Positions 1 through 9,596 of a stretch of 64,000 bases of DNA are shown here, piece after piece; positions within the stretch are counted from its first letter, which is position 1; each line of letters starts with the position of its first letter. A program made the position numbers and the translations under genes. The notes under the pieces were generated by a model that did not search any database, was not told where the DNA came from, and was given only the letters and a program-made list of their open reading frames with translations. This DNA comes from Alphaproteobacteria bacterium (GTDB lineage: Bacteria; Pseudomonadota; Alphaproteobacteria; RF32; CAG-239), in contig JAGBDC010000016.1 in the NCBI GenBank assembly GCA_017937705.1, positions 27,518 through 91,517 of the forward strand, given 5' to 3'.

Positions 1-3000
1 AGTTTACACTTCCTAAAGTTGATCCTGTTCCTCTTGCCTTTAACTGATCATAGTCATTGTATACCTCATCATAATTAAAGCTACTCCGATCAAAATAACA
101 ATATACTGTTGCATAACCTTCAAGTTCGCGAAAATGAACAGGGAATAAATTCCAGTAAACATCATCTTGTCCAATATCGGTGTCTAAAACTCCCAAGGAT
201 TCTGTCCAATGTGCTGCAGGATAAATGAAGCCAAGAACTGCTCCCCATCCTCCAAAGTTTTCTCTAGTACATCCGGTACTATCTTCTTGAAATTTTCCAC
301 AATAAGGAAGCACCATAGCCCTTAGCCAAGTACTTTTCTGAAATTCTAAAGGATCTATGTACCTCTCTCCTGTTACCGGATCAACATCAGCATAACTATT
401 TATGTTAAGATTTGGAACTATATCTAATTTACCATCTCCCTTGGGTATTGCTCTACCGGCAACTGCCATATTCCATCCGGCAGGTGTCAAAGTTATGGAT
501 TTTGCATATCCCGGAGGACATTGCGGAGTTGGAATAAATCCTGCGTATGGAGAAACTTCATTCCCGGCATTTTCTCCAACTTCTGTAGTAGGTATATCAA
601 CAGTATTAGGTGTCCAAGTAACATTTGGATCATAAGTAGTATCAACTACATAAATACCTTTATTAATAAAGTCAGGCAAAATATCGCTCAAACGTGCACC
701 ACCTCGAGTAGTAAGTTTAATATCATGCATTACTGAAGTATACGCAGGATTAACTTCATATCCGTCGTATGGCACATATTTTTTGGTTCCTCCTCCTAAT
801 GCATATCCTCCCTCATTACCAATATTGCTACTGCTCAATATATCACTCGGTTTATAGTGTGAAATAAATCTATCAGCAGCAATATATCCGACTGCATCAG
901 TTTCGCCATTCTCATATTGAGCATTTATTATAGTATTAGTAAGTTTTCTGTTGTTAGTTTCATCAACATTACTCTCTAATGCCATAGAACCACGGCGAAT
1001 ATAAACCGAACCGTTTTTAGAAAGACGATTTGAATTATTAACTAAGTCTGTTTGATATACCCCTTTACCACTATCAACTGTAAATACTTGAACTTTATCA
1101 GATCTATAATTATTAATTGCATATTCAACAGGGTCGTTTTGACTTGTATAAGTTGCATTAGGAGATCTAATTTGAAAAATACCAGTAGATGCATACACGG
1201 CAGCAGCAGCCCCATAATAGCCTGATCTGTTATTTTCATGATTATATCGTTTATATCCGTCATCATAAGATTTTCTCATATCAAAATTAGAATCATAAAT
1301 AGCCAATCCTCCGACAAAACGAGACGTCAGAGTTTGTGCTGACGGAATAATATCAACAATCGGATTTCCTGATGTTCCTGCAATAATAAAGCTAGAATCC
1401 GCCATATACACTCTTCCCCATGAGGTAGGACCATAGCCACCTCTATAATACTCATGTTTTCCGTCAGTAAAATAATCAGCATTATATCTATACTGATTCC
1501 AAAGCCAATTAGACATAAGATTTACTTGATGAGAAAACATATCTACAGTTTGCCAACCTAAATCGTTTTTATAAACTCTAAGCGTTTGTCCTTGAATAGA
1601 AACAGGAGCATTTGTCATATTTCCATTTTCATCAACAGTAGAAATGTTAACACCTTTTTCAGCACCTATTCTAACAATAGAATCTTCTGGAGAATCGGTA
1701 ACTTTATATGTTCTTGAAGCATCATCATAGTGTACTAAATATGCACTACCTGCGGAAATATCTACACCTCTTGCTCCGTCGAGGGCATCGGCGGTACTGA
1801 TAGAAACACCTCCGGGGATAACTCGTCCGGTATTGTCCGTTGTTTCCGTATCAGAAATAGTCATCATCGGAATTTCATTGGTACCAACAATAAAGCGGCC
1901 ACCATCTTGATCCATTTTCGCAACAGTATAAAAATCTGTATCATTTTCTGCTGTAGCAAAATCTTCAGGAGCAACACCACCACGCAAAGTTGATGCATCA
2001 ACATCAAGAGCTTTCAATTTACCCGTCAATAAAGTATCTTTAACAAAAGCAGCTCCATTAACTGATAATGCATAAAAACTTTCATTCATAGCATCCGGTT
2101 CAGGAGTATCTCCCGTCCATGCATATTCCTTATACTCTCCTTTATGAGCTTTGGCTACCCCATCATCTTTTTTAATAACAGTATACCATCTGTAATCTAC
2201 ATTTCCAGCAGTAGAATCTCTAAAAACATTCAAATGCCCATCACCAGCGCGGAATTTATCTTTATCAGCATACAATGTCTCCCCCTCCGGTTGAGCGGGG
2301 GTTGTCCCATTTGCAGGAACGGCAGATGTTCCAAAAGTCATACTTCCTGCAGATTTTACCGTTAATTTAGTTTTTCCGGCTCCGGGGTCTCCATAAACCA
2401 TCTCATCGGATGCAACTTTGAATACCGGTTTATCCGCACGCTTAGTAGTTATCGGCTTGGTACCTGTAGCAGGATCTAATGGACCTTCCACATTGGTTGT
2501 GGCAAAATATTTGATACCATCATCTTTCACCGTAAACAGAGAGTTCATAGCCTGTAAAGCACCTTCTACATAGGCACCACCACCTTTGGCAATGTATAAA
2601 GCTTTATCCAAGGTATTACCAAAACCGGCAGGATCAAGAGTATCCGCAGGAACATCTTCTTCACGGGTAGATGCAACATCGGCTCCTTTGACCATTCTAT
2701 CAACATTAGGATGCATAATGATTTGGTTTACAAGACGAATGTTTCTTGTATCTCCAACGTTATATCCCATAAATAAATCGGTTTCCATTGTGTTTAACTC
2801 ATCAGCGGCATCAGGTTCGTTTTTACGGTGCAGAACATCTTCATTAGCTAACCCTTGTGAAGAAATCGGCTGAACCGAAGAAACCACAAACGAGTTATCA
2901 ACTAATCCGCCGCCTAATTCAGATGTAGGTACACTCCAAATACCTTGAGCTCCCATAGCAACCTGCTCTGTTCCTTCCGTAGTAACATAACCACCATTAC

Positions 3001-3532
3001 TACCAATCATACTGGCAATACGAGAAGCTCGAACTGATCCTATTTCATCCGGAATTTTAGGAGTTGCGGTAACAAATCCGGTCAAGGTTTGGCTCAACAC
3101 CTTCCCCCCCTGAATATCACTTTCGAGTTTTATTATAACATTATATTCATCATCAAAAATTTTTGTTTCTCTGGGAGTTCCATCTGCTTTCAAAAAACCA
3201 TACGGCAAATAATCGCCAAAGTGAGTAATGCTAACCGGCCCTACTTGTCCTTCTGCAGCATTCTTAAAGCCGGAAAAGTCTAACTCATGTCCTGCACTAT
3301 CCGTTATTTTCTCACCCTTGGTAATGCGAGCAAAATTATCCTTCAAATAGCCATCAATTGCCGTAGACAATGCTCGCATTTGCGCAGAAGCATTAACGTC
3401 TTGCAATTCCACCGTTCTCTCCGATGCCTTTTTGTACAGCACAGGAGTAACCATGGCTATCAAGCCTAACATCGCCATTGCTTCAACCAGCAACGTACCT
3501 GTTTCATTAACCTTTTTAAATATCTTTTTCAT
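1..3532 (-). CDS. Giant protein with a prepilin-type (class III) N-terminal signal. It is 5'-complete, and its 3' end runs past the window edge (more than 1176 aa visible).
   Basis: Hand translation of the minus strand from the ATG at 3532 gives MKKIFKKVNETG|TLLVEAMAMLGLIAMVTPVLY. That is a basic leader, Gly at -1, Glu at +5 and about 20 hydrophobic residues. An AGGAGA RBS lies 6 nt upstream. The frame stays open to position 1. The mature part is rich in Gly, Tyr, Asn and Thr. It is absent from the ORF track because no stop codon falls inside the window. Confidence 0.6.
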   Translation of the reverse strand, partial: MKKIFKKVNETGTLLVEAMAMLGLIAMVTPVLYKKASERTVELQDVNASAQMRALSTAIDGYLKDNFARITKGEKITDSAGHELDFSGFKNAAEGQVGPVSITHFGDYLPYGFLKADGTPRETKIFDDEYNVIIKLESDIQGGKVLSQTLTGFVTATPKIPDEIGSVRASRIASMIGSNGGYVTTEGTEQVAMGAQGIWSVPTSELGGGLVDNSFVVSSVQPISSQGLANEDVLHRKNEPDAADELNTMETDLFMGYNVGDTRNIRLVNQIIMHPNVDRMVKGADVASTREEDVPADTLDPAGFGNTLDKALYIAKGGGAYVEGALQAMNSLFTVKDDGIKYFATTNVEGPLDPATGTKPITTKRADKPVFKVASDEMVYGDPGAGKTKLTVKSAGSMTFGTSAVPANGTTPAQPEGETLYADKDKFRAGDGHLNVFRDSTAGNVDYRWYTVIKKDDGVAKAHKGEYKEYAWTGDTPEPDAMNESFYALSVNGAAFVKDTLLTGKLKALDVDASTLRGGVAPEDFATAENDTDFYTVAKMDQDGGRFIVGTNEIPMMTISDTETTDNTGRVIPGGVSISTADALDGARGVDISAGSAYLVHYDDASRTYKVTDSPEDSIVRIGAEKGVNISTVDENGNMTNAPVSIQGQTLRVYKNDLGWQTVDMFSHQVNLMSNWLWNQYRYNADYFTDGKHEYYRGGYGPTSWGRVYMADSSFIIAGTSGNPIVDIIPSAQTLTSRFVGGLAIYDSNFDMRKSYDDGYKRYNHENNRSGYYGAAAAVYASTGIFQIRSPNATYTSQNDPVEYAINNYRSDKVQVFTVDSGKGVYQTDLVNNSNRLSKNGSVYIRRGSMALESNVDETNNRKLTNTIINAQYENGETDAVGYIAADRFISHYKPSDILSSSNIGNEGGYALGGGTKKYVPYDGYEVNPAYTSVMHDIKLTTRGGARLSDILPDFINKGIYVVDTTYDPNVTWTPNTVDIPTTEVGENAGNEVSPYAGFIPTPQCPPGYAKSITLTPAGWNMAVAGRAIPKGDGKLDIVPNLNINSYADVDPVTGERYIDPLEFQKSTWLRAMVLPYCGKFQEDSTGCTRENFGGWGAVLGFIYPAAHWTESLGVLDTDIGQDDVYWNLFPVHFRELEGYATVYCYFDRSSFNYDEVYNDYDQLKARGTGSTLGSVN

Positions 3533-3547
3533 TTTCAGTCTCCTGCC

Positions 3548-4402
3548 TTAAAGTGCTGACATATAAATTAAACAATATTCACACTGCTTATAATAAGCAT
3601 CGCTACCTTCATCTTCATCTGGATCTATAGCCGATGCATTGATTCCACTTCCGCATACATGATTAAATGACCGGTCTGCAGCAATACCGGATAAATTGTT
3701 ATGGCTCATATATTTCGGAATTGAATAATATCCTCTACTTCCTTGTCCTACAATACCATAGGGGGTACCTAAAGTATTATAATCAACGGCAACTTCATTT
3801 CCGTTTTTATCATGAATAACACCGCCTCCGGTAGTAGGTTTATCTTTTTCCACATTAACCACATAACCGAAGCCGTTAACATAGCCCAAAGTATCTTTCA
3901 TCGCATTTAACAACTCAGCACTGGGCTTACCGGTTTTAATATCACGCCACTTATATGGAACACATCCGTATGTAACCAAATATACGACTCGATTTTTTGC
4001 CGCACAACAATTGTTTGTCACCGCCGGCGTAGGATTAGCCGGATCTCCGCCTCCCGTTTGACAGTCCGTAGGTAAGGCAGAATGCCCTACACTATTCCTA
4101 TCCAGACAATAAATTGCAGTAGTAAACGTTGCTGTTCCGGAAGTTGCATTAAAACCATACGGAGCATATCCTTTCAAGTCATCCATAGTAACTTCGCCGG
4201 CCTCATATCCGACTCCGCCATCTGCTCCGCTTGTCCGATTTTTATGAATATATTTCATTGCGGCACGATGTTGGGTATATATTTTGGTAACAACATTTTG
4301 AGCTTGTGGCTCGACAAACAAATGCTTCATATCCGGCCGCAAAGACGTGGACATAAAAGCTATCGCTGTAATAAACGTTGCAATAATTACCCAAAGATAC
4401 AT
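3548..4402 (-). CDS. Hypothetical exported or membrane-anchored Gly/Thr/Tyr-rich protein with 10 Cys, co-operonic with the giant pilin-like gene
   Basis: Track ORF of 284 aa with a hydrophobic N-terminal segment (YLWVIIATFITAIAFMSTSL). An in-frame stop lies 2 codons upstream of the ATG. Its stop codon is 15 nt from the next gene's start. Confidence 0.5.
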   Translation of the reverse strand: MYLWVIIATFITAIAFMSTSLRPDMKHLFVEPQAQNVVTKIYTQHRAAMKYIHKNRTSGADGGVGYEAGEVTMDDLKGYAPYGFNATSGTATFTTAIYCLDRNSVGHSALPTDCQTGGGDPANPTPAVTNNCCAAKNRVVYLVTYGCVPYKWRDIKTGKPSAELLNAMKDTLGYVNGFGYVVNVEKDKPTTGGGVIHDKNGNEVAVDYNTLGTPYGIVGQGSRGYYSIPKYMSHNNLSGIAADRSFNHVCGSGINASAIDPDEDEGSDAYYKQCEYCLIYMSAL

Positions 4403-4605
4403 GTCTTACCCCAAAAATAAACACTAATCACTATTGTGAGTTTATCATAAATATTTTTCAAATAAAAGCATTGAATCGTTAATATATACTAAAATTCATA
4501 TATCTGTAACAAATTTTTTACATTTTTAAATCATCTCAAAATAAATATTGTGATGTAAGCAAATATTGGATAAAATACTTGAATAAAACAAACACGGATA
4601 CAGAA

Positions 4606-5406
4606 ATGAATAATAAAAGCGATATATCTGTCAGTAACCTACTGTCAACTGAGGAAATAACCGCACTTTTAAGCGGACAGCAAAAAAAAGAAACAAATAA
4701 TATTTTATCCTTTTTTACCTCTTCGGAATATAAGAAACAATCTGATATCTACACACATAGAATCAACAAAAAATTGTTGGAAATATATCGTGTCGATGCA
4801 AACATCATACCGACTATCCCCTCTTTTGACAATAATGACTTTTTTATTGCTTTTTCAATAGAAAACGAAGAGCAATCAGGAAAAATTTTGCTGTCAAAAA
4901 CTTTTTGCTCAAACATAATAAATCTTGTTTTAGGCGGTAAAACACAGGGAAGTGATATAACCAGAACACCGTCTACAATTAAAATAATTGAAAATATTGT
5001 CAAAGTTTTTTGCGAAACATTAATTTCCTCAAATGCAAAAATAATCATGTACGAACAACCGTACAACATTTCCGGTATATGCTCCGAAAATTGCTTTTCA
5101 TTCACACTGTCTGAAGGCGGTATGTTTTGCTTAATATTTCCGGAAATAAAAACAAAAAATGATATACAATACGAGAATAACAATTCATTGAGTGTGGATA
5201 TACCACTAACAATAAGCGCTGTTGTTAAGCAATCTGAAGTATCATTGCAAAATCTGTCAACATGGAAAATCGGAGACTTTTTGCCAATGGGTATTGAAAA
5301 AAACGCAGAAATATCTATACTATGTGAAAACAAGCCGTTATTTAAAGCCGTTATGGGGCAAAAAAACAATAATATTGCAGTTAAAATAACCAAGAAAGAG
5401 AAATAA
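4606..5406 (+). CDS. FliM/FliN-family protein (flagellar switch or T3SS C-ring-like), with an N-terminal CheY-binding-like LSxEEIxALLSG peptide and a C-terminal SpoA (FliN) domain
   Basis: The track ORF starts at 4579 (TTG); an ATG at 4606 gives MNNKSDISVSNLLSTEEITALLSG. The C-terminal 70 aa (VDIPLTISAVVKQ...IAVKITK) match the FliN/SpoA pattern. Confidence 0.55.
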   Translation: MNNKSDISVSNLLSTEEITALLSGQQKKETNNILSFFTSSEYKKQSDIYTHRINKKLLEIYRVDANIIPTIPSFDNNDFFIAFSIENEEQSGKILLSKTFCSNIINLVLGGKTQGSDITRTPSTIKIIENIVKVFCETLISSNAKIIMYEQPYNISGICSENCFSFTLSEGGMFCLIFPEIKTKNDIQYENNNSLSVDIPLTISAVVKQSEVSLQNLSTWKIGDFLPMGIEKNAEISILCENKPLFKAVMGQKNNNIAVKITKKEK

Positions 5407-5407
5407 A

Positions 5408-5845
5408 ATGAACAATATCGAATTAGCAATCAATATAACTGTCATCATCCTTTTAGTTGCGACCATAATTTGCATTTGGCGTTTTAGCCGCAACTTGTCG
5501 GTTTTACGCAACAAACACGACAGTCTGCAAAATTTAGTATTAGCTCTCAACACCGCTGCAGATAAAGCCAACAACGCCATAAACGGATTGAAAGCTACAG
5601 TAAACGAAGCTTCTCTAAACGTTGATATGGCTATTGAAAAGGCCCAAATTGCCGAAGAAAAATTGCTAAAAACCACTCGCAATATTTCAAAAGAAGCCGA
5701 TTTTTCTTACACGCCATCTACTCCGCAAAATCGCTTGGTCAAAAATATTCAACAACAATTTGAGCCAAATTTTGAAGAAGACAACAATGAAGAAAAATCA
5801 GAATCTGAAATAGAATTATTAAAAGTTTTACGTTCCATAAGGTAG
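5408..5845 (+). CDS. Hypothetical single-TM coiled-coil protein with an acidic C-terminus
   Basis: Track ORF of 145 aa. The start overlaps the previous stop codon (TAAAATG). It has an N-terminal TM helix (ITVIILLVATIICIW) followed by heptad-like sequence. Confidence 0.45.
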   Translation: MNNIELAINITVIILLVATIICIWRFSRNLSVLRNKHDSLQNLVLALNTAADKANNAINGLKATVNEASLNVDMAIEKAQIAEEKLLKTTRNISKEADFSYTPSTPQNRLVKNIQQQFEPNFEEDNNEEKSESEIELLKVLRSIR

Positions 5846-5855
5846 GAGAGTAACT

Positions 5856-6248
5856 TTGTCATCAAAACACTTAAAAATATTATTTGTTTTATTAATTTTC
5901 ACCGCCTCACTGCTTGTGGGTATAAAAACTTTTGTCATAATCGCAGATTTATACCACAAAAATCCGAATGTTGCGGCGGATTCTTGCCTTATGCAAAATT
6001 ATGACGAACTAAATCAAATCAGCAATGAATTAGAATCTCGTCGCCTTGAAATAGAAACCAAAACAGATGTATTAAATGCTTTAAGTGCTGAAATTGACGA
6101 TAAATTAGAAATGTTACAACAAGCAGAAAATAATCTTTTGCATTTAATACAAACACACAACAACAGTTTACAAAACAATGTTTCTGTAACTACTGATGCT
6201 GAAACAGAAACGGTTATAATTGAAATCGGCAATACCGATGAACAATAA
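5856..6248 (+). CDS. Hypothetical single-TM coiled-coil protein (TTG start)
   Basis: Track ORF of 130 aa with an AGGAGA RBS 5-6 nt upstream. It has an N-terminal TM helix followed by coiled coil. The 3' end overlaps the uvrB start. Confidence 0.4.
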   Translation: MSSKHLKILFVLLIFTASLLVGIKTFVIIADLYHKNPNVAADSCLMQNYDELNQISNELESRRLEIETKTDVLNALSAEIDDKLEMLQQAENNLLHLIQTHNNSLQNNVSVTTDAETETVIIEIGNTDEQ

Positions 6249-8244
6249 ATTCAAAATAAACAGCCCTTTTGAACCGGCAGGAGATCAACCACAAGCAATA
6301 TCCGAGCTCTGCGCCGGGCTGGAACAAGGATTAAAAAATCAAGTATTATTGGGAGTAACAGGTTCCGGAAAAACATTTACTATGGCCAAAATAATCGAAC
6401 AATGCCAGAGGCCTGCGCTTATAATGGCTCCAAACAAAATTTTGGCAGCTCAGTTATATAGTGAAATGAAAGAGTTTTTTCCTAATAACAACGTTGAATA
6501 TTTTGTTTCATATTACGACTATTATCAACCTGAAGCCTATGTTCCAAAAACCGACACGTATATTGAAAAAGATTCTGCAATTAATGAACAAATTGATCGC
6601 ATGAGAAATGCTGCAACACGTAGCATACTTGAAAACAGAGATGTAATTATCGTTGCATCGGTTTCTTGCATATATGGTTTGGGAGATGTTGCATCATATT
6701 CGGCAATGACTTGTGAATTAAAAGTGGGCGATGAAACAGATACCTCTGATATTTGTCGTCGATTGGCAGAGTTGCAATATGAACGTAATCAACAAAATTT
6801 TGTTCGAACTACTTTCCGAGTGCAAGGTGACACGTTAGATATTTTTCCGGCTCACTACGAAGACAGAGCTTGGAGAGTTTCATTCTTTGGTGATGAAATT
6901 GAAAATATTTATGAATTTGATGCTCTTACCGGTAAAAAAATTGTCGATTTGGAACGTATAGTAGTTTATCCGGCAAGCCATTATGTTACTCCTCGTCCGA
7001 CACTGGCTCAAGCAATAAGCGGCATCAAAAAAGAACTTCAAGAACAGTTACAAATTTATCGAGATAACAACCAGCTTTTAGAAGCCCAAAGATTGGAACA
7101 AAGAACCAGATTCGATTTAGAGATGCTGGAAACTTCCGGACATTGCAAAGGTATTGAAAATTACTCCCGTTATTTGACCGGACGTTCTGCCGGAGAACCA
7201 CCGCCAACTTTATTTGAATATCTTCCGCCCGACGCTCTTTTATTTATTGATGAGAGCCACATATCCGTACCGCAAATCGGAGCAATGTTCAAAGGTGACC
7301 AAAATCGAAAATCGACATTGGCTCAGTATGGTTTTCGCCTACCATCTTGTTTAGATAATCGCCCTCTAAGACTGGAAGAATGGGAAAAAATGCGCCCACA
7401 AACCATTTTTGTTTCAGCAACACCGGGAGATTGGGAACTGGAGCAAAGCCAAGGTTGTTTCGCCGAGCAGGTTATTCGTCCTACCGGTTTGGCAGATCCT
7501 GTTTGTATTGTTCGTCCGGTAGAAAATCAAATTGACGATCTGATGGAAGAATGTCGAAAAACTATTTTGAAAAAAGAGCGTGTTTTAGTAACAACACTGA
7601 CAAAAAAAATGGCAGAAGACTTAACTGAATATCTTAATGAAAATGGTATAAAAGTTCGTTATATGCACTCGGATATAGACACGCTGGAAAGAATAGAAAT
7701 TATTCGAGATTTACGACTTGGAGTTTTTGATGTTTTAGTCGGAATTAACTTATTAAGAGAAGGTCTTGATATTCCGGAATGTTCATTGGTTGCAATTCTT
7801 GATGCTGATAAAGAAGGTTTTTTGCGTTCCGCACGTTCCTTAATTCAAACTATCGGACGCGCAGCAAGAAATGCCGAAAGTAAAGTTATTCTTTATGCCG
7901 ATAAAGTCACAAAATCAATAAAAGAAGCTCTTGATGAAACCTGTCGCAGAAGAGAGAAACAACTCAAATTTAATATAGAGCACGGCATAACACCGCAAAC
8001 AATCAAGAAAAGCATTTCATCAACTCTGCGAGAAATGAGCGAAACCGATTATGCTAAAAATGAACCGATAAATAAAGGTGATGCAAAAGATATTGAAAAA
8101 CAAATAAAAGAATATACAAAACTTATGCGCGAAGCTGCCGCTAATTTAGAGTTTGAACAAGCGGTCATTTATCGTGATAAAATAAAATCATTAAAACATT
8201 TAGCAATGCGAATTTATGATAACAGTATATATGAAAACGGCTAA
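6220..8244 (+). CDS. uvrB: Excinuclease ABC subunit B
   Basis: Protein of 674 aa with Walker [10 protein letters not shown], helicase motifs and a C-terminal UvrB/UvrC interaction coil. The true start may be the ATG at 6238 (MNNKF). Confidence 0.95.
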   Translation: MKSAIPMNNKFKINSPFEPAGDQPQAISELCAGLEQGLKNQVLLGVTGSGKTFTMAKIIEQCQRPALIMAPNKILAAQLYSEMKEFFPNNNVEYFVSYYDYYQPEAYVPKTDTYIEKDSAINEQIDRMRNAATRSILENRDVIIVASVSCIYGLGDVASYSAMTCELKVGDETDTSDICRRLAELQYERNQQNFVRTTFRVQGDTLDIFPAHYEDRAWRVSFFGDEIENIYEFDALTGKKIVDLERIVVYPASHYVTPRPTLAQAISGIKKELQEQLQIYRDNNQLLEAQRLEQRTRFDLEMLETSGHCKGIENYSRYLTGRSAGEPPPTLFEYLPPDALLFIDESHISVPQIGAMFKGDQNRKSTLAQYGFRLPSCLDNRPLRLEEWEKMRPQTIFVSATPGDWELEQSQGCFAEQVIRPTGLADPVCIVRPVENQIDDLMEECRKTILKKERVLVTTLTKKMAEDLTEYLNENGIKVRYMHSDIDTLERIEIIRDLRLGVFDVLVGINLLREGLDIPECSLVAILDADKEGFLRSARSLIQTIGRAARNAESKVILYADKVTKSIKEALDETCRRREKQLKFNIEHGITPQTIKKSISSTLREMSETDYAKNEPINKGDAKDIEKQIKEYTKLMREAAANLEFEQAVIYRDKIKSLKHLAMRIYDNSIYENG

Positions 8245-8750
8245 ACTTGGTATAGCCAACTTTTCTTAAGTTCAACTTCATATTTGCTCTTTAAAAATTT
8301 TATTTGTGCATTTGTTATTTTTGCACAAAACATTCTCTTTTTGTTGCCATCTTCAATCAATGTCAACGAAAACAAATCCTCCAAAACTTTAGGACGAATA
8401 TAGGCACAAGTCAGTAAAAACTTCGGCAAAGCAAATGATTTTTCAATAAAAAACCATCCTCCTCTGCAAACCACTCGGCGATTTGTAATCACCACTTCTT
8501 GCCATAAAGCTAACAACAAAGTATAAAAAATTATCGGAAAAAGAAAAATATCGTATATTGCCATCGGGACGAACAACAAAGACACAAAATAATAATACCA
8601 ATGACTTTTTATTCGGCAAATTATCTTTTCATCTTCTCTCAATTTTACGGCTAACAAATTACGCATATTTTGCCATAACTCTTGCTTTTTCCCGATTCCA
8701 ATCTCTTGTTTTTTCGGTTTCTCTTTTATCATAAAGCTTTTTACCCACAC
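8241..8750 (-). CDS. bPH_2/DUF304 (YdbT-like) membrane protein
   Basis: The track ORF overlaps smpB by about 90 nt. The likely true start is MRNLLAVKL at about 8663. It has two TM helices after a KSHWYYYF motif. Confidence 0.5.
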   Translation of the reverse strand: MWVKSFMIKEKPKKQEIGIGKKQELWQNMRNLLAVKLREDEKIICRIKSHWYYYFVSLLFVPMAIYDIFLFPIIFYTLLLALWQEVVITNRRVVCRGGWFFIEKSFALPKFLLTCAYIRPKVLEDLFSLTLIEDGNKKRMFCAKITNAQIKFLKSKYEVELKKSWLYQV

Positions 8751-9147
8751 CGAGACCGACTTCTAATTTTGCTCGACCTTTCTCATTAAAAAACAGGCGA
8801 ATTGCAACCAATGTTGTACCTTTTTTTGCAATAGAACCGATTATATCATTTATTTCTTTTTTCTTCAGCAAAAGTTTTCTGTCTCGCTTTTCGGCATGAC
8901 TCGAATATCCTTTGTTGGAATATTCCGCAATAAACATATTGGATATATAGACTTCGCCGTTTTTATCAATTCCGAACGCATCAGTAATGTTTGCATGTCC
9001 TAAACGCAAAGATTTAACTTCTGTTCCGGTTAATTCAATTCCGGCAATAAATTTTTCTGATATATGATAATCAAACGAGGCTCGGCGATTTTGAGTCACC
9101 AAGCCCGTTGATATAAAATCAGACATTTTTGTTTTCTTAGCAGACAT
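8659..9147 (-). CDS. smpB: SsrA-binding protein
   Basis: Protein of 162 aa with FDYHISEKFIAGIELTGTEVKSLR and a C-terminal basic tail, typical of SmpB. Confidence 0.9.
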   Translation of the reverse strand: MSAKKTKMSDFISTGLVTQNRRASFDYHISEKFIAGIELTGTEVKSLRLGHANITDAFGIDKNGEVYISNMFIAEYSNKGYSSHAEKRDRKLLLKKKEINDIIGSIAKKGTTLVAIRLFFNEKGRAKLEVGLGVGKKLYDKRETEKTRDWNREKARVMAKYA

Positions 9148-9150
9148 TGG

Positions 9151-9588
9151 CTATTTTGCAACTCGTGCAGAAGCTTTTGTTTCTGTCTTTGTTTCAACAA
9201 CAGATAAAGAAGGCTTGCTTCTGATACAACGACCTTCAATATATGCACCAGGTTCAATAGCAATAGTATTGTGACTTGCATCACCGATTAAACGAGCTGT
9301 TTGTGCAATAAACAAACTGTCTGCATAGGCTTCACCCTGCAAAGCTCCGTATAGGTGCATGCTTTGAGCTCTTACCGTACCGGTAATTGAACCTTTAACC
9401 CCTATTATCAATTCTTCACAAGTAACATCCCCGTCAATAGTTCCGTCAACGTGCAAAATACCAGTCGAATTCATATTGCCTTTTACAATGGTATTTTCAG
9501 CAATAATAGTAGGCACAGAAACACCATTTCTGCCACGCCCTAAAAGTCTTGCAAACTTTAAATAAATAGTTTTTCTTAATTTTTTCAT
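9151..9588 (-). CDS. Bactofilin (DUF583, CcmA family) cytoskeletal protein
   Basis: Protein of 145 aa with repeated beta-helix motifs: GILHVDGTIDGDV...IIGVKGSITGTV...GALQGEAYADSLFI. Confidence 0.8.
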   Translation of the reverse strand: MKKLRKTIYLKFARLLGRGRNGVSVPTIIAENTIVKGNMNSTGILHVDGTIDGDVTCEELIIGVKGSITGTVRAQSMHLYGALQGEAYADSLFIAQTARLIGDASHNTIAIEPGAYIEGRCIRSKPSLSVVETKTETKASARVAK

Positions 9589-9596
9589 TTTTACCT

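Noticed and set aside
4749-5429. 226-aa minus-strand ORF antisense to the FliM-like gene, and the 5338-5682 antisense ORF
   Set aside because: These are shadow ORFs on the opposite strand of a better-supported gene in AT-rich DNA. Their composition is low-complexity hydrophobic and they have no RBS.
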